Origin: Oscillospiraceae bacterium
GTDB lineage: Bacteria > Bacillota > Clostridia > Oscillospirales > CAG-272
Length of the DNA: 64,000 nt
Reading direction: 5' to 3'
NCBI GenBank assembly: GCA_015063325.1
Contig: SVUK01000004.1
Coordinates: 2,583 to 66,582, forward strand
Positions 9,988 through 20,427 of the stretch are shown piece by piece (within the stretch, counting starts at the first letter, position 1; every line of letters starts with the position of its first letter). The notes under the pieces are model-generated. The model ran no database searches. It worked only from the letters and a program-made list of their open reading frames with translations, and was not told the origin of the DNA. The position numbers were made by a program, and so were the translations under genes.

Positions 9988-11436
9988 ATGAAACAGCAAA
10001 CACACGACCGCGCAAGCGGTATTTTGATGCATATTTCCTCCCTTTGGAGCGGCTATTCCGAGGGATCGTTCGGCGAATCCGTGCGCGAGTGGATCGATTT
10101 TCTTTCTGCAAGCGGTTTTCGCATTTGGCAGGTGCTTCCGTTCTGCCTGCCCGACGACTGTAATTCCCCCTACAAATCCACCGGCGCTTTTAGCCTGAAT
10201 CCCAATTTTATCGACCTGCCTACGCTGTACGAACAGGGATTGCTTTTCAAAGAGGAACTTGACGCGGCGAGGGAGAAAACGCCGTACATCTGCGAATTTG
10301 AACGGCTGCGTAAGGAGCGGTTTGCGCTGTTACATACCGTTTCGCGCCGCGTAACCGACCGAAAACCAATCGAGGACTTTTTGAAAACACATCCGCAAAC
10401 GGCTGAATTTTGCCGCTTTATGGCGATCAAAACGGCGAACGGATTTCGCGCGTGGAATGATTGGACGACCGATGCATATGACCCGGAAATCCTGTTTGCA
10501 TGGCAATTTTCACAGTACGAGGCATACCGACAGTGGATGCAGGTGCGCGCCTATGCGAAGGAAAAGGGCGTTGAGATCATCGGCGACGTTCCCATCTACG
10601 TTGCGGAGGACAGCGCCGACGTTTGGGCAAACCGAAAGCTGTTCTTGCTGGACAAAGACGGCAAACCTTCTTTGGTTGCCGGCGTTCCGCCCGACTATTT
10701 CAGCGCCGACGGACAGCTTTGGGGCAATCCGCTCTACGATTGGAAGGCAATGAAAGCCGACGGCTACCGCTGGTGGCAGGAGCGCATGAAATTTCAGCTG
10801 GAATTGTTTGACGGCGTCCGCATCGACCATTTTCGCGGACTGGAATCCTACTATGCCATTGCGGCGGAAGAGAAGACGGCGCGGAACGGCAAATGGAAAA
10901 AGGGACCCGGCATGGAGCTTATCCGCGCATTACAGCCAATCTGCAAAGGGAAACGAATGATTGCCGAAGATTTGGGTATTATCACCGACGAGGTGCGCGC
11001 ACTGGTGGAAAAGAGCGGTTTTCCGGGAATGCGCGTGCTGCAATTCGCTTTTTTGGGCGACCAAAACTCGCCCCACCTGCCGCACAACTATCCGGCAAAC
11101 TGCGCGGCATATACCGGAACGCACGACAACAACACCCTTCTCGGGTACATCTGGGAGCTTGATCCGTCAACGCGCGCGCGCGTTCTGCAGTATTTCGGAT
11201 ACGATGGCGACGATTGGGACCATTGCTACCCCAAAATCCTGCAAAGTATGCTTGCAAGCCATGCCGGAACGGTCATTTTTCCGGTGCAGGACCTGCTCCT
11301 TTACGGGAGCGATACTCGGCTGAACACCCCGGGCAAAGCCGAAGGAAACTGGGCATACCGCCTGACCCACGACCAACTTTTCGCCGTCGACACCGAAAAA
11401 TTCCACCGCTGGAATATTCTTTATGGAAGGGAGTAA
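9988..11436 (+). CDS. malQ: 4-alpha-glucanotransferase (GH77)
   Basis: GILMHISSL, GVPPDYFSADGQLWGNPLY, RIDHFRG, IAEDLG, YTGTHDN. Confidence 0.95.
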   Translation: MKQQTHDRASGILMHISSLWSGYSEGSFGESVREWIDFLSASGFRIWQVLPFCLPDDCNSPYKSTGAFSLNPNFIDLPTLYEQGLLFKEELDAAREKTPYICEFERLRKERFALLHTVSRRVTDRKPIEDFLKTHPQTAEFCRFMAIKTANGFRAWNDWTTDAYDPEILFAWQFSQYEAYRQWMQVRAYAKEKGVEIIGDVPIYVAEDSADVWANRKLFLLDKDGKPSLVAGVPPDYFSADGQLWGNPLYDWKAMKADGYRWWQERMKFQLELFDGVRIDHFRGLESYYAIAAEEKTARNGKWKKGPGMELIRALQPICKGKRMIAEDLGIITDEVRALVEKSGFPGMRVLQFAFLGDQNSPHLPHNYPANCAAYTGTHDNNTLLGYIWELDPSTRARVLQYFGYDGDDWDHCYPKILQSMLASHAGTVIFPVQDLLLYGSDTRLNTPGKAEGNWAYRLTHDQLFAVDTEKFHRWNILYGRE

Positions 11437-11577
11437 AAGCCCCCTGTGTTGGGATTATTTTCCCAAAATCTATTTACAAACCCGAAATTCCATGATAAAA
11501 TAAATACGGCGCTTGAGAGAGTCTTCCTCTCCGCCTTACCATGTCAATCTTATCATGAAAAAAGGAGAAAGAGAATC

Positions 11578-13014
11578 ATGGCTGAACCCCAATCCACCCG
11601 GCTGAAACTCAATTACAAGCGCACCATGCTCATCGGCTTTGCCTTTTTCGGCATTCTGCTGCTCTGGCAGGTGTACGACACCTGGTGCCCCCCGTTTCTG
11701 ACCGATATTTTTGCCCGGCAAATCTACGGCGTTTCCTCAAAAGTCCTCAAAGAGGTCAATCCGCAGGGAAACCTGGATGTTCAGTGGATCGTTGGTATCA
11801 TCATGGCGTGCGATAACCTCGCCGCGCTGATCCTTTTGCCAATCTTTGGCTCGCTTTCGGATCGAACGAAAACGCCCATTGGCAAACGGATGCCCTATAT
11901 TCTGGTCGGCACCTTTGTTTCCGCCCTTGCCTTCCCGTTCATCCCGGTGCTGTTCCATTTCCATCAGGTCGGCGGTATGATTGCCATGATGGCGATCGTG
12001 CTGATCTTTATGATGATCTACCGCAACCCTGCCGTCTCCCTCATGCCGGATATTACGCCGAAGCCTCTGCGCGCCAGAGCAAACGGAATCATCAACATCA
12101 TGGGCTATTTCGGCGGCGCATTTGCCGCGGTTCTTGCCATTTTCCTTGCCGCTTCCAAATATATTGAGGCAACGGATGAATTGAGAAATTTCTGGATCAT
12201 CGAGCTTCCGTTCCTGATCGCCTCGGTGCTGATGGTCATTTCGGCATTGATCCTGTTCTTTACCATTCGTGAAAACAAGCTCGCAAAGGAGCTCAAAGAC
12301 GAAATGGAAGCCGGCGAGCAGCTCGCCGCCGTTGAAAATCCGATCACGGACGACGCCCCCATGACAAAGGCAAACCGCCGGATGTTGCTTGCCATTCTTG
12401 GCGCCGAGTTTTTGTGGTTCATGGCGGACAACGCGCTCGGAACCTATATCAGCAACTACGTAGAGTATTATCTGCACGCGCCTTCGGTCGGCTTGCTCAT
12501 TATTCTGGGCGGCGTTGCCAGCGTTTTCGGCTTTGCAACGGCAGGCCGGATCGCCGATAAGATTGGCAGAAAATGGACCATTTCCCTGGGGCTTGGGATC
12601 AGCATTGTCGCCCTGGTCATCATGTGCTTTGTCAAACCGTCCGAAACCGTTACCGAAAAGAACGGGATCATGTATCATGCGTTCCCTGTGTTGCTTTACG
12701 TTGTCTGGATCGTTAAGGGATACGGAATGGCGTTAGTGCACAACTGCTCCTTCCCAATGGTGGTGGAGCTTTGTTCCAACCAAAAAATCGGCAAATTTAC
12801 GGGATACTATTACGCTTCCAGTATGGCGGCGCAAACCATTACTCCGGTGCTTTTGGGCTTTATTTTCAAAGCGAGCAAAAAATGGAACGCCATGCCAATT
12901 TACTGCACGATTCTGCTCGTTTGCAGTTGCGCCGTGTTCGTATTCCTGGTGAAAAATATCAAAGCGAAAAAGGTTGCAAACGCTCGCGGCTTGGAAGCCA
13001 TTGACGGAGATTGA
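11578..13014 (+). CDS. MFS sugar transporter, probably for maltose/maltodextrin
   Basis: About 12 TM segments; GSLSDRTKTPIGKRMPY motif; adjacent to malQ. Confidence 0.85.
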   Translation: MAEPQSTRLKLNYKRTMLIGFAFFGILLLWQVYDTWCPPFLTDIFARQIYGVSSKVLKEVNPQGNLDVQWIVGIIMACDNLAALILLPIFGSLSDRTKTPIGKRMPYILVGTFVSALAFPFIPVLFHFHQVGGMIAMMAIVLIFMMIYRNPAVSLMPDITPKPLRARANGIINIMGYFGGAFAAVLAIFLAASKYIEATDELRNFWIIELPFLIASVLMVISALILFFTIRENKLAKELKDEMEAGEQLAAVENPITDDAPMTKANRRMLLAILGAEFLWFMADNALGTYISNYVEYYLHAPSVGLLIILGGVASVFGFATAGRIADKIGRKWTISLGLGISIVALVIMCFVKPSETVTEKNGIMYHAFPVLLYVVWIVKGYGMALVHNCSFPMVVELCSNQKIGKFTGYYYASSMAAQTITPVLLGFIFKASKKWNAMPIYCTILLVCSCAVFVFLVKNIKAKKVANARGLEAIDGD

Positions 13015-13017
13015 TTT

Positions 13018-13851
13018 ATGAATCCCTGGATCATTGTACTCATCGTTCTTGCCGCGCTGTGTTTGCTTTTGCCGATCTTCGTTTTTGCGCCGGCACGCCC
13101 GGGCAAAAAGAAAAAAGCGCCCTTTTACGGCAAAAACATTGCCCACCGCGGACTGTATCAAAAAGACCAGAGCATTCCCGAAAATTCACTGCCTGCATTT
13201 GCGAGGGCGGTGGAAAACGGCTACGGCATGGAGCTGGACGTCCAGCTCTCCCGCGACGGATTGGTGGTCGTCTTTCACGACGACACACTGGAGCGCGTTT
13301 GCGGCGTTGCCAAACGGGTGGACGAACTGGATTATGCCGAACTGCAAAAGTTGCGCCTTTGCGGAACCGGCGAGAAAATTCCGCTGTTTGACGAGGTGCT
13401 TGCAACGGTTTCCGGCAAAACGCCAATTATTGTCGAACTGAAAACCGGAAAGCGCAACAAAGAACTCTGCGAAAAAACGCTTGCCGCCCTGCGCGGCTAT
13501 GCCGGGAAATACTGCGTGGAAAGTTTTGATCCCACCATTGTTGCATGGTTCCGCAAGCATGCGCCGGAAATCTACCGCGGACAACTGGCGCAGCCGCCCA
13601 AGCATTACCGCAAACACGGCAAATCCGCGCTGGTCAGTTTTCTGCTCGGCACCTGCGCTTTGAACGTGATCGCGCGCCCGAATTTCATTGCCTACCGCAT
13701 TGGCAGAAAGACGCTCGGCGTTCACCTTGCCGAGTGGATGGGCGCCACGCGTGTGGCGTGGACGAGCCGCGACGCGTCTACCGAGAAAAAATTTGACGTC
13801 GTCATTTTCGAGCACTACCTTCCGGAAACGGAATATAAAAAGCTGAAATAA
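13018..13851 (+). CDS. Glycerophosphodiester phosphodiesterase
   Basis: IAHRGL, PENSLPAF, ELDVQLSRDG.VVFHD; N-terminal TM. Confidence 0.92.
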   Translation: MNPWIIVLIVLAALCLLLPIFVFAPARPGKKKKAPFYGKNIAHRGLYQKDQSIPENSLPAFARAVENGYGMELDVQLSRDGLVVVFHDDTLERVCGVAKRVDELDYAELQKLRLCGTGEKIPLFDEVLATVSGKTPIIVELKTGKRNKELCEKTLAALRGYAGKYCVESFDPTIVAWFRKHAPEIYRGQLAQPPKHYRKHGKSALVSFLLGTCALNVIARPNFIAYRIGRKTLGVHLAEWMGATRVAWTSRDASTEKKFDVVIFEHYLPETEYKKLK

Positions 13852-13859
13852 AGCGCAAA

Positions 13860-13898
13860 AGAAGGAAGCCGGACGGCATTGCCGTCCGGCTTCCTTCT
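13860..13898. terminator. Bidirectional terminator-like hairpin
   Basis: Perfect 18-bp stem AGAAGGAAGCCGGACGGC-ATT-GCCGTCCGGCTTCCTTCT between convergent genes. Confidence 0.75.
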
Positions 13899-13904
13899 GT
13901 CATT

Positions 13905-16322
13905 TTAATTTGTCAGTTCTTTTTCCAACCGTTCCGCATAGCGAACGGCACCCATCGCGTCGGGCGAGTAGGCGTCGGCGCCGATCTGCGCGGCATATTC
14001 GGCGGTCAGGACCGCGCCGCCCACCATCACGCGGCACCATGGTGCGCTTTTTCGCAGTTGCCGGATGGTTTCTTCCATGGCTGGAACGGTGGTGGTCATC
14101 AGCGCGCTCAAACCGACCAGCGGTGCGTGAACCTTGACCGTTTGCGCAACGATTTTCTCCGCCGGAACGTCCCGACCGAGGTCGATCACCCGGAATCCGT
14201 AGTTTTCCAGGAGCAGACGAACAATGTTTTTGCCAATGTCGTGAATATCGCCTGCAACCGTGGCAAGCACGATCGGAAAACGCCCGTTTTGCTCCGCTTG
14301 GGAGGACTTTGCCGCTGAACGGATGGCTTCAAACGCCGCGCCTGCCGCCTCGGCGCTCATCAAAAGCTGGGGCAGATAAACGCGTTGCGCTTCAAATCCG
14401 CGCCCGACCTCGTCCAGCGCAGGAATGATCTCGCCGTTGATGATTTCGAGCGGTTCGCGCGTGGAAAGCAGTTGCCCTGCAAGAGTCGAAGCGCGCTCGC
14501 GCAAACCGGCAAGAATCGCGCCCGAGAGGGTAGTGGTATCGTTTTTTCCGGCTTTTTGATCTTCCGCCGCCGGAGCGATCGGACCGGAAACCGCCGGAAG
14601 CGTTTTTGCAAATTCCAGATATTCCGCGCAGTCGGCGTCCTTTCCGGCAAGGGCAAGGTAGGCGCGGTAGGCGCTCATCATCGCCGTGGAAAGCGGATTG
14701 AGAATGGCGGCGGAGAGCCCGTTTTGCAAAGCCAGCGCAAAGAAGGTGCCGTTGACGGTATCCCTTGCCGGAAGCCCAAAGGAAACGTTGGAAACGCCCA
14801 GCGAGGTATAACAGCCGAGTTCTTTTGCAATCGCGGCAACCGAATCGAGCGTGATCTGCGCGGCAAACCGGTCGGCGCTGATGGTCAGGGTGAGCGGATC
14901 AAACAGAAAATCTTGTTCGGAAAGCCCGTATTCCGCACCGACGGCAAGAATTTTTTTTGCAACGGCAAGCCGTCCTTCGGCGGTTTCGGAAATGCCGTTC
15001 TCGTCCAGCGTCAGGGCAACGACAACGCCGCCGTATTTCTTTACCAGCGGAAAAATCGAACGCATCACGTCTTCTTTGCCGTTCACCGAGTTGACCAGCG
15101 CCTTGCCGTTGTAGCGGCGCAGGGCGAGCTCCATAGCGGCAGGATTTGCGGTGTCCAGCTGTAAGGGCGCGTCGGTAACGCTTTGCAGAGCGGCGACGAC
15201 CTCGGTCAGCAGATCGCGCTCGTCCAATTCGGGGAGTCCCACGTTCACGTCCAAAACGTCGGCACCGGCTTCCTGTTGACGAATGCCTTCGTTCAAAATA
15301 TAGTCCAAATCATGCGCCCGCAAAGCTTCTTTCAGCCGTTTTTTGCCGGTGGGGTTGATGCGCTCGCCAATCAGCATCGGGCGCTCGCCAAAGACCACGG
15401 CGTGGGTGTAGGAGGAGATCACGGTGCGTTTTTTTTGCGCAACGGGCAGGGGGGTCAAATCCCGAACCGCCTCGGCAAGCGCGCGGATGTGTTCCGGCGT
15501 GGTGCCGCAGCAACCGCCCAAAATCCGGGCGCCGTTCTCCGCCGCCTGCCGCATCAGCGCGGCAAAATCGGATGGAGAGATGTCATAAATCGTTTTTCCG
15601 TTTTCCATGCGCGGCAGACCGGCGTTCGGCTTGAGGATCACGGGCAGGGAGGAAACGCGCAGGTATTGTTTTACGATTGGCAATAGTCCCTCGGGACCTT
15701 CCGAGCAGTTCACGCCGACAGCGTCGGCACCCAATCCTTCCAAAAGCGCAACCATCGCTTCCGGATCGGCGCCGGTCATCAGCTTTCCGTCGCCCCCATA
15801 GGCGTTGGTTACAAAAATCGGCAGGTCGCTGTTTTCTTTAGCGGCAAGCAGAGCGGCTTTTGTCTCGTAGGCGTCGCTCATCGTTTCAATGACGATCAAA
15901 TCGGCTCCGTGACGAACGCCGAGCCGCACCTGCGCGGCAAACAGAGAGACAGCATCCTCAAAATCCAAATCTCCGAGCGGTTTCAAAAGACGTCCTGTGG
16001 GACCGATGTCAAGAGCAACGAATTTTGCCTGCTTTGCGGTTGATTTTTCTGCCGCTTCGTGCGCAAGACGAATGGCGGAAGCGATTACACCGTCCAGTTC
16101 CTTTTCCGAGAAATGAAGCGGATTTGCGCCGAAGGTGTTCGCGTAAACAACGTTCGCGCCGGCATTGAAATAGGCAAGATGAATCTTTCGAACCACGTCG
16201 GGATGCGACAGATTCCAAAGCTCGGGTCGTTCGCCAACGGCAAGTCCTTCCGCTTGCAAAAGCGTGCCCATTCCGCCGTCTAAAATCAGAAAATTCGATT
16301 TGAGAAATTCGGTTAAATTCAA
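13905..16322 (-). CDS. metH: Cobalamin-dependent methionine synthase core (Hcy-binding, pterin-binding and B12-binding domains; no reactivation domain)
   Basis: LDGGMGT, GGCCGTTP, IGERINPTGK, DIHDIGKNIV (B12 DxHxxG). Confidence 0.92.
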   Translation of the reverse strand: MNLTEFLKSNFLILDGGMGTLLQAEGLAVGERPELWNLSHPDVVRKIHLAYFNAGANVVYANTFGANPLHFSEKELDGVIASAIRLAHEAAEKSTAKQAKFVALDIGPTGRLLKPLGDLDFEDAVSLFAAQVRLGVRHGADLIVIETMSDAYETKAALLAAKENSDLPIFVTNAYGGDGKLMTGADPEAMVALLEGLGADAVGVNCSEGPEGLLPIVKQYLRVSSLPVILKPNAGLPRMENGKTIYDISPSDFAALMRQAAENGARILGGCCGTTPEHIRALAEAVRDLTPLPVAQKKRTVISSYTHAVVFGERPMLIGERINPTGKKRLKEALRAHDLDYILNEGIRQQEAGADVLDVNVGLPELDERDLLTEVVAALQSVTDAPLQLDTANPAAMELALRRYNGKALVNSVNGKEDVMRSIFPLVKKYGGVVVALTLDENGISETAEGRLAVAKKILAVGAEYGLSEQDFLFDPLTLTISADRFAAQITLDSVAAIAKELGCYTSLGVSNVSFGLPARDTVNGTFFALALQNGLSAAILNPLSTAMMSAYRAYLALAGKDADCAEYLEFAKTLPAVSGPIAPAAEDQKAGKNDTTTLSGAILAGLRERASTLAGQLLSTREPLEIINGEIIPALDEVGRGFEAQRVYLPQLLMSAEAAGAAFEAIRSAAKSSQAEQNGRFPIVLATVAGDIHDIGKNIVRLLLENYGFRVIDLGRDVPAEKIVAQTVKVHAPLVGLSALMTTTVPAMEETIRQLRKSAPWCRVMVGGAVLTAEYAAQIGADAYSPDAMGAVRYAERLEKELTN

Positions 16323-16897
16323 AGAGATCCCTCCCGTAACCCGATGATCGCCGTGACCGATTTGGTGGGGATCATCAAAAGACTTTCGCTTAAGGTCAGC
16401 CCGATTTTGCGCGGACAGTCCAACAGCGAGAACATGTTTTTTTGAAAAGACAGGGGCAGGTCGTCATATCCCGGACTAAACCTGCGATTGGATTCGGAAA
16501 ACTGCGCGGTAAACCGGTCGCAAATCGCCTCAATGCGCTCGGTAAAGAATGCGTCTAAAAGGAGCGCGCGAACGGGGGAAATTGCACCGGCGCGGCTAAT
16601 CAGACGGTCGGCGTCTGTGCCCACCGTTGCGGCAAACAAAACGGCGCGATTACAGCCGGAAAGAAATGTTGCAAGTCCGCGGCTTCGTACCGATAGAGCG
16701 TCAAAAAATACGTCATTCCCTTTCAATTCGACCGGCAAAATCGAGTAGCAGAGTTTCGGCTTGAGTGCCGGAATGCCTTCGCGAATTGCATCCTCTAAAA
16801 GCGCGTCAATTCCATTTGCACCGTTGCCGTGCGCATAGCGCAGGATCATACGACGATCGGGCTTGGGAAGAGGCGGAACGTTCCAAAGTTCAATCAT
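16319..16897 (-). CDS. Stand-alone methionine synthase reactivation (AdoMet-binding) domain protein
   Basis: RFSPGYDD, LMIPTKSVTAIIG; translationally coupled to the metH core. Confidence 0.88.
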   Translation of the reverse strand: MIELWNVPPLPKPDRRMILRYAHGNGANGIDALLEDAIREGIPALKPKLCYSILPVELKGNDVFFDALSVRSRGLATFLSGCNRAVLFAATVGTDADRLISRAGAISPVRALLLDAFFTERIEAICDRFTAQFSESNRRFSPGYDDLPLSFQKNMFSLLDCPRKIGLTLSESLLMIPTKSVTAIIGLREGSL

Positions 16898-17772
16898 CTT
16901 CCCAAAATTGCCGAAAGATTGCCGGCAATGGTAGCGGCAACATCCGGTTTGTTCATCGAGTAGACGTGAATATGCTCTACACCGTTTGCCAAAAGGTCGA
17001 TGATTTGATCGGTGGCGTAAGCAATTCCGGCTTGTTTCATGGCGGCAGGATTTTCGCCGAAACGGTCGACCAAAGCGCGAAACCGCTGTGGCACCATCGC
17101 GCCCGAAAGTTTAATGGCGCGGCGAATCTGTCCGGCGTTGGTGATAGGCATGATTCCGGCAACAACCGGAACCGAAATCCCTGCCTCGCGGATCTTGTAA
17201 AGAAAATTATAAAGCACATTGTTGTCAAAAAACATTTGCGTTGTCAAAAAATCGCACCCGGCGTCCGTTTTTTCTTTTAAGTAGCGAATGTCGGCTTTTT
17301 GATCGACGCTTTCGGGGTGAACTTCCGGATAGCAGGCGCCGCCAATGCAAAAATCATAGCCGCTTTCGCGGAGCGCGCGCACAAGATCAACGGCATGGGG
17401 AAAATCTTTCAGAACGGATTCTCCCACCGGCGTGTCGGCAGGCAAATCACCGCGCAAAGCCATAATATTCTCAATCCCTGCGGCATGGAAGGCGTCGATC
17501 TTTTCGGCAATGCTCTTTTTTGTCGCGCCAACGCAGGTCAGATGGGCAAGGGTCGGTACGCCAAGCTCGCTGTTCATTTCTTCAGCGATGGCAAGCGTTG
17601 CGCGGTTGGTACTTCCGCCGGCACCGTAGGTCACGCTCATAAACGAGGGATGCAGACAGGCAATTTCGCGCACCGCCGCCTCCACTTCGGCAAATCCCGT
17701 TTCCTGCTTTGGCGGAAAGACCTCAAAGGAAAGGGTGGGGCGGTTGCTGTTCAGAATGGTTGAAAGTTTCAA
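16894..17772 (-). CDS. metF: 5,10-methylenetetrahydrofolate reductase
   Basis: SFEVFPPK, SVTYGAGGS, AHLTC, ALRGD, TQMFFDN. Confidence 0.95.
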   Translation of the reverse strand: MKLSTILNSNRPTLSFEVFPPKQETGFAEVEAAVREIACLHPSFMSVTYGAGGSTNRATLAIAEEMNSELGVPTLAHLTCVGATKKSIAEKIDAFHAAGIENIMALRGDLPADTPVGESVLKDFPHAVDLVRALRESGYDFCIGGACYPEVHPESVDQKADIRYLKEKTDAGCDFLTTQMFFDNNVLYNFLYKIREAGISVPVVAGIMPITNAGQIRRAIKLSGAMVPQRFRALVDRFGENPAAMKQAGIAYATDQIIDLLANGVEHIHVYSMNKPDVAATIAGNLSAILGR

Positions 17773-17787
17773 AATAAAATCTCCCTT

Positions 17788-18675
17788 TCAGAAAATTTCC
17801 GACCAATCGGGACGGTTGGAAGTTTTTGCGATATCGGAGCAAACGATCAGCGTTTTTTTCGGATCGACCTTATCCGGCTCAATTACCAGTTCGCCGATCC
17901 TTTCCGCGCGAATGGTACCGCTTTTGGGGTTGAAAACGCTTTCCACGCCGGACGCGATGTCCGCTTCCACTTCCGAATATTCAAAAGCGAGCGTGGTGTT
18001 CAGCAATTTGCAGTTGACAAGACGCAGATTTTGCACGTAGCAAAGCCCCTGTAAACTTTCAATGGTGCAGTTGATAAAGGTCAGATTTTTCGCGTTCCAA
18101 CCAATGTACTCGCCAGAGATGAACGAATCCGAAACGGTAACGTTTTCGCTGTTCCAAAAGGCGTCCTTCGTAACGAGGCGGGAGTTGCGGATCACCGCGT
18201 TCTTTACGCCGTCAAAAGAATATTTCCCGTCCAGTAAAAGCCCGTCAACCGTAATCTCTTCGCTGTTCATGGCAAAATAATTCCCTTTGAAGGTCACGTT
18301 TGAAAGTTTTACGCCGCTGCAATGCCAAAGCGTTTCGTCGGCATCCGAAAAGAAGACGTTTTCAAGCAATAAATTTCTGCACCGCCGGAAAGATTTCGGG
18401 GCGCATACCGAGGTGTTTCGTACCGTTACGTCGTTGGAATACCATACCGAGGCGCGCGCCGCCTGCCAAAAGGTACAGCCGTCGGCAACAACCTGATTGC
18501 AATACCAGATAGGGTATCTCCACCGAAAGACCGAATCGCGGATTTTAATATTCGTACATCCCTTCAACGGGGACTCTCCGACGTCAAAAATCGTATCGGT
18601 CACGGTCAGATCGCGTTTGCAGAACAGGGCGCGCTCCTCGGTAAAACGGGATTGCTTGATTTCGTTTGTTTCCAT
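17788..18675 (-). CDS. DUF3737-family beta-helix protein
   Basis: EERALF, GESPLK, KDAFWNSENVTV, LQGLCY, LAFEYS patterns. Confidence 0.8.
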   Translation of the reverse strand: METNEIKQSRFTEERALFCKRDLTVTDTIFDVGESPLKGCTNIKIRDSVFRWRYPIWYCNQVVADGCTFWQAARASVWYSNDVTVRNTSVCAPKSFRRCRNLLLENVFFSDADETLWHCSGVKLSNVTFKGNYFAMNSEEITVDGLLLDGKYSFDGVKNAVIRNSRLVTKDAFWNSENVTVSDSFISGEYIGWNAKNLTFINCTIESLQGLCYVQNLRLVNCKLLNTTLAFEYSEVEADIASGVESVFNPKSGTIRAERIGELVIEPDKVDPKKTLIVCSDIAKTSNRPDWSEIF

Positions 18676-18684
18676 GATTTCTCC

Positions 18685-20301
18685 TTAATTTTCCTTTTGG
18701 GTAAGATCCCCGATGCGATCGAGAATTTTTTCATAGGTCAGACCGTAGCCCTCGGCAATGTCGCGGGCGTAGCTCTTTCCGTCCGGCTTGGCGCGCAGGA
18801 TTTTGAAGGAGCGTTTTCCTTCGCTTTCCATCCCGGCAACCAGCGTGTCGATGGGCGCTCCGCCGGCGGCGAGAGAGGCGCGGTTCAGTTCTTCAATCTG
18901 TGCGGCAAGCTCGTGCAGGTGGGTGGAAAATAGCGCGCGGCAACCCACTTGCGCAAGGCCGCGCAAAACCTCGGCGGCAAGGTAGGAGGCCTCAAAACTG
19001 CCGGTGGAGGAGAGCGACTCGTCCAACAGCACCAGCGAGTTGGGGGTCACGCAGTCAAAAATTTCGCCCAACCGCGCGCATTCCTCGCCCAATCGACCTT
19101 TGTCAATGGTGTCGTCCGACCCGGTGGGAAAGTGCGTATAGATAGCGTCCACCGGGGAAAGGGCGATTTTTTCCGCCGGCAGGTACATTCCAAGCTGGAA
19201 CAGGACCTGCGAAAGTCCGAGCGCGCAGGTGATCACCGATTTGCCGCCGCGGTTTGGTCCGGTGAGGACGTAGATCCGTGCGGTCTCATCAAACGAGAGA
19301 TCGTTGGGAACGAGCTTTTCTTCAGATTTCAGCGCCACGCAGGGGTTGTAAAGATCGAACGCTGCAAAAGCGTGTTCGTTCATCGGGTGTATTTCGGGCG
19401 AGGCGAGCGGATATCCCTTCTCGCGAAGTGCGCGCAGAAATGCTGTTCCGCCTGCCAAGAACTCAAATTCCGGCATCAAATCCAAAAGGAACGCCGTTTT
19501 ATCCAAAACGTAAGTCTGAACAACCTTTTTCCAGGAATGGAGCGAGGATTTGTAAACCTCGTTGATGGCGCTGTAAAAAGCGTTGGAAAGAGCGGCTTTC
19601 TGGTTTTCGTTCTGTTTTTTGCCAAAGGGAACAAGGTTTGCAATGCAGGTGTATTCGCTCTTTTTGCCCATGCGCAAAATCTTTTCCAAAATATCGCCGG
19701 ACTGAAACGGGTCGGGATTGATCGAAAGAACGCCGGCGGATTCGGGGCGCAGCTGCGCGTCTAAATTGACGCCGATGGTCACCGAGCGAATCTCGCGGAC
19801 GCGCTTGGTCAGCTCTTTGAGCTTTTCGTTCAGTTCGCGGTAATAGTCGCTTTCGGCAAGCCCGGCAACCAGTTTTGCAAGCGATAGAAACGCAGGACTT
19901 TTCAGTTTGCTTTTCAAGCCGGAAAGGGAGGAGTGCAGAATTTCCACCGAGGAAATGTAAAGCTCGATCTCGGTCAGCGTAGAGAGGTAGTCGTCTTTGC
20001 CGTTTTCAGCCTCCAACTGCCGCAGTTCCAGAATGTCGTTCAGCACGGGCACCAGCCGTTCCTGCATTGCCGAAAGTTCGGGGCAGGCGAGCATATCGGA
20101 AAAGACCGAAAGCCGATAGTTGATCACTTCGGGATCGGTCGTCAAAAACCGGGGAAGACCTTCGCCCGAAACCGAAAAGAATTCCGAAAGACCTAATTCT
20201 TCCAATGTGAACAGATCAATATCGGGCGTGTCCTTTCCGCAATCGTGGCGCGCTTTTGTTTCGGCATTCGGATAAAGCAAGCTGAAATTTGTAAAGTCCA
20301 T
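18685..20301 (-). CDS. MutS-related ATPase (MutS domain V only)
   Basis: LTGPNRGGKS, GRLGEE, LLDESLSST, STHLHEL; no mismatch-recognition domain. Confidence 0.85.
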   Translation of the reverse strand: MDFTNFSLLYPNAETKARHDCGKDTPDIDLFTLEELGLSEFFSVSGEGLPRFLTTDPEVINYRLSVFSDMLACPELSAMQERLVPVLNDILELRQLEAENGKDDYLSTLTEIELYISSVEILHSSLSGLKSKLKSPAFLSLAKLVAGLAESDYYRELNEKLKELTKRVREIRSVTIGVNLDAQLRPESAGVLSINPDPFQSGDILEKILRMGKKSEYTCIANLVPFGKKQNENQKAALSNAFYSAINEVYKSSLHSWKKVVQTYVLDKTAFLLDLMPEFEFLAGGTAFLRALREKGYPLASPEIHPMNEHAFAAFDLYNPCVALKSEEKLVPNDLSFDETARIYVLTGPNRGGKSVITCALGLSQVLFQLGMYLPAEKIALSPVDAIYTHFPTGSDDTIDKGRLGEECARLGEIFDCVTPNSLVLLDESLSSTGSFEASYLAAEVLRGLAQVGCRALFSTHLHELAAQIEELNRASLAAGGAPIDTLVAGMESEGKRSFKILRAKPDGKSYARDIAEGYGLTYEKILDRIGDLTQKEN

Positions 20302-20427
20302 TTCATAATCCTTTCGCAACAGATTACACTATACCAATTTTATATTCTACCATAAAAAAAGGGTTTCGTCTACACAAAACCCGAAATTTTTGCATTTTGT
20401 TCAAAAAATATCCGAAAACAGATTTCG

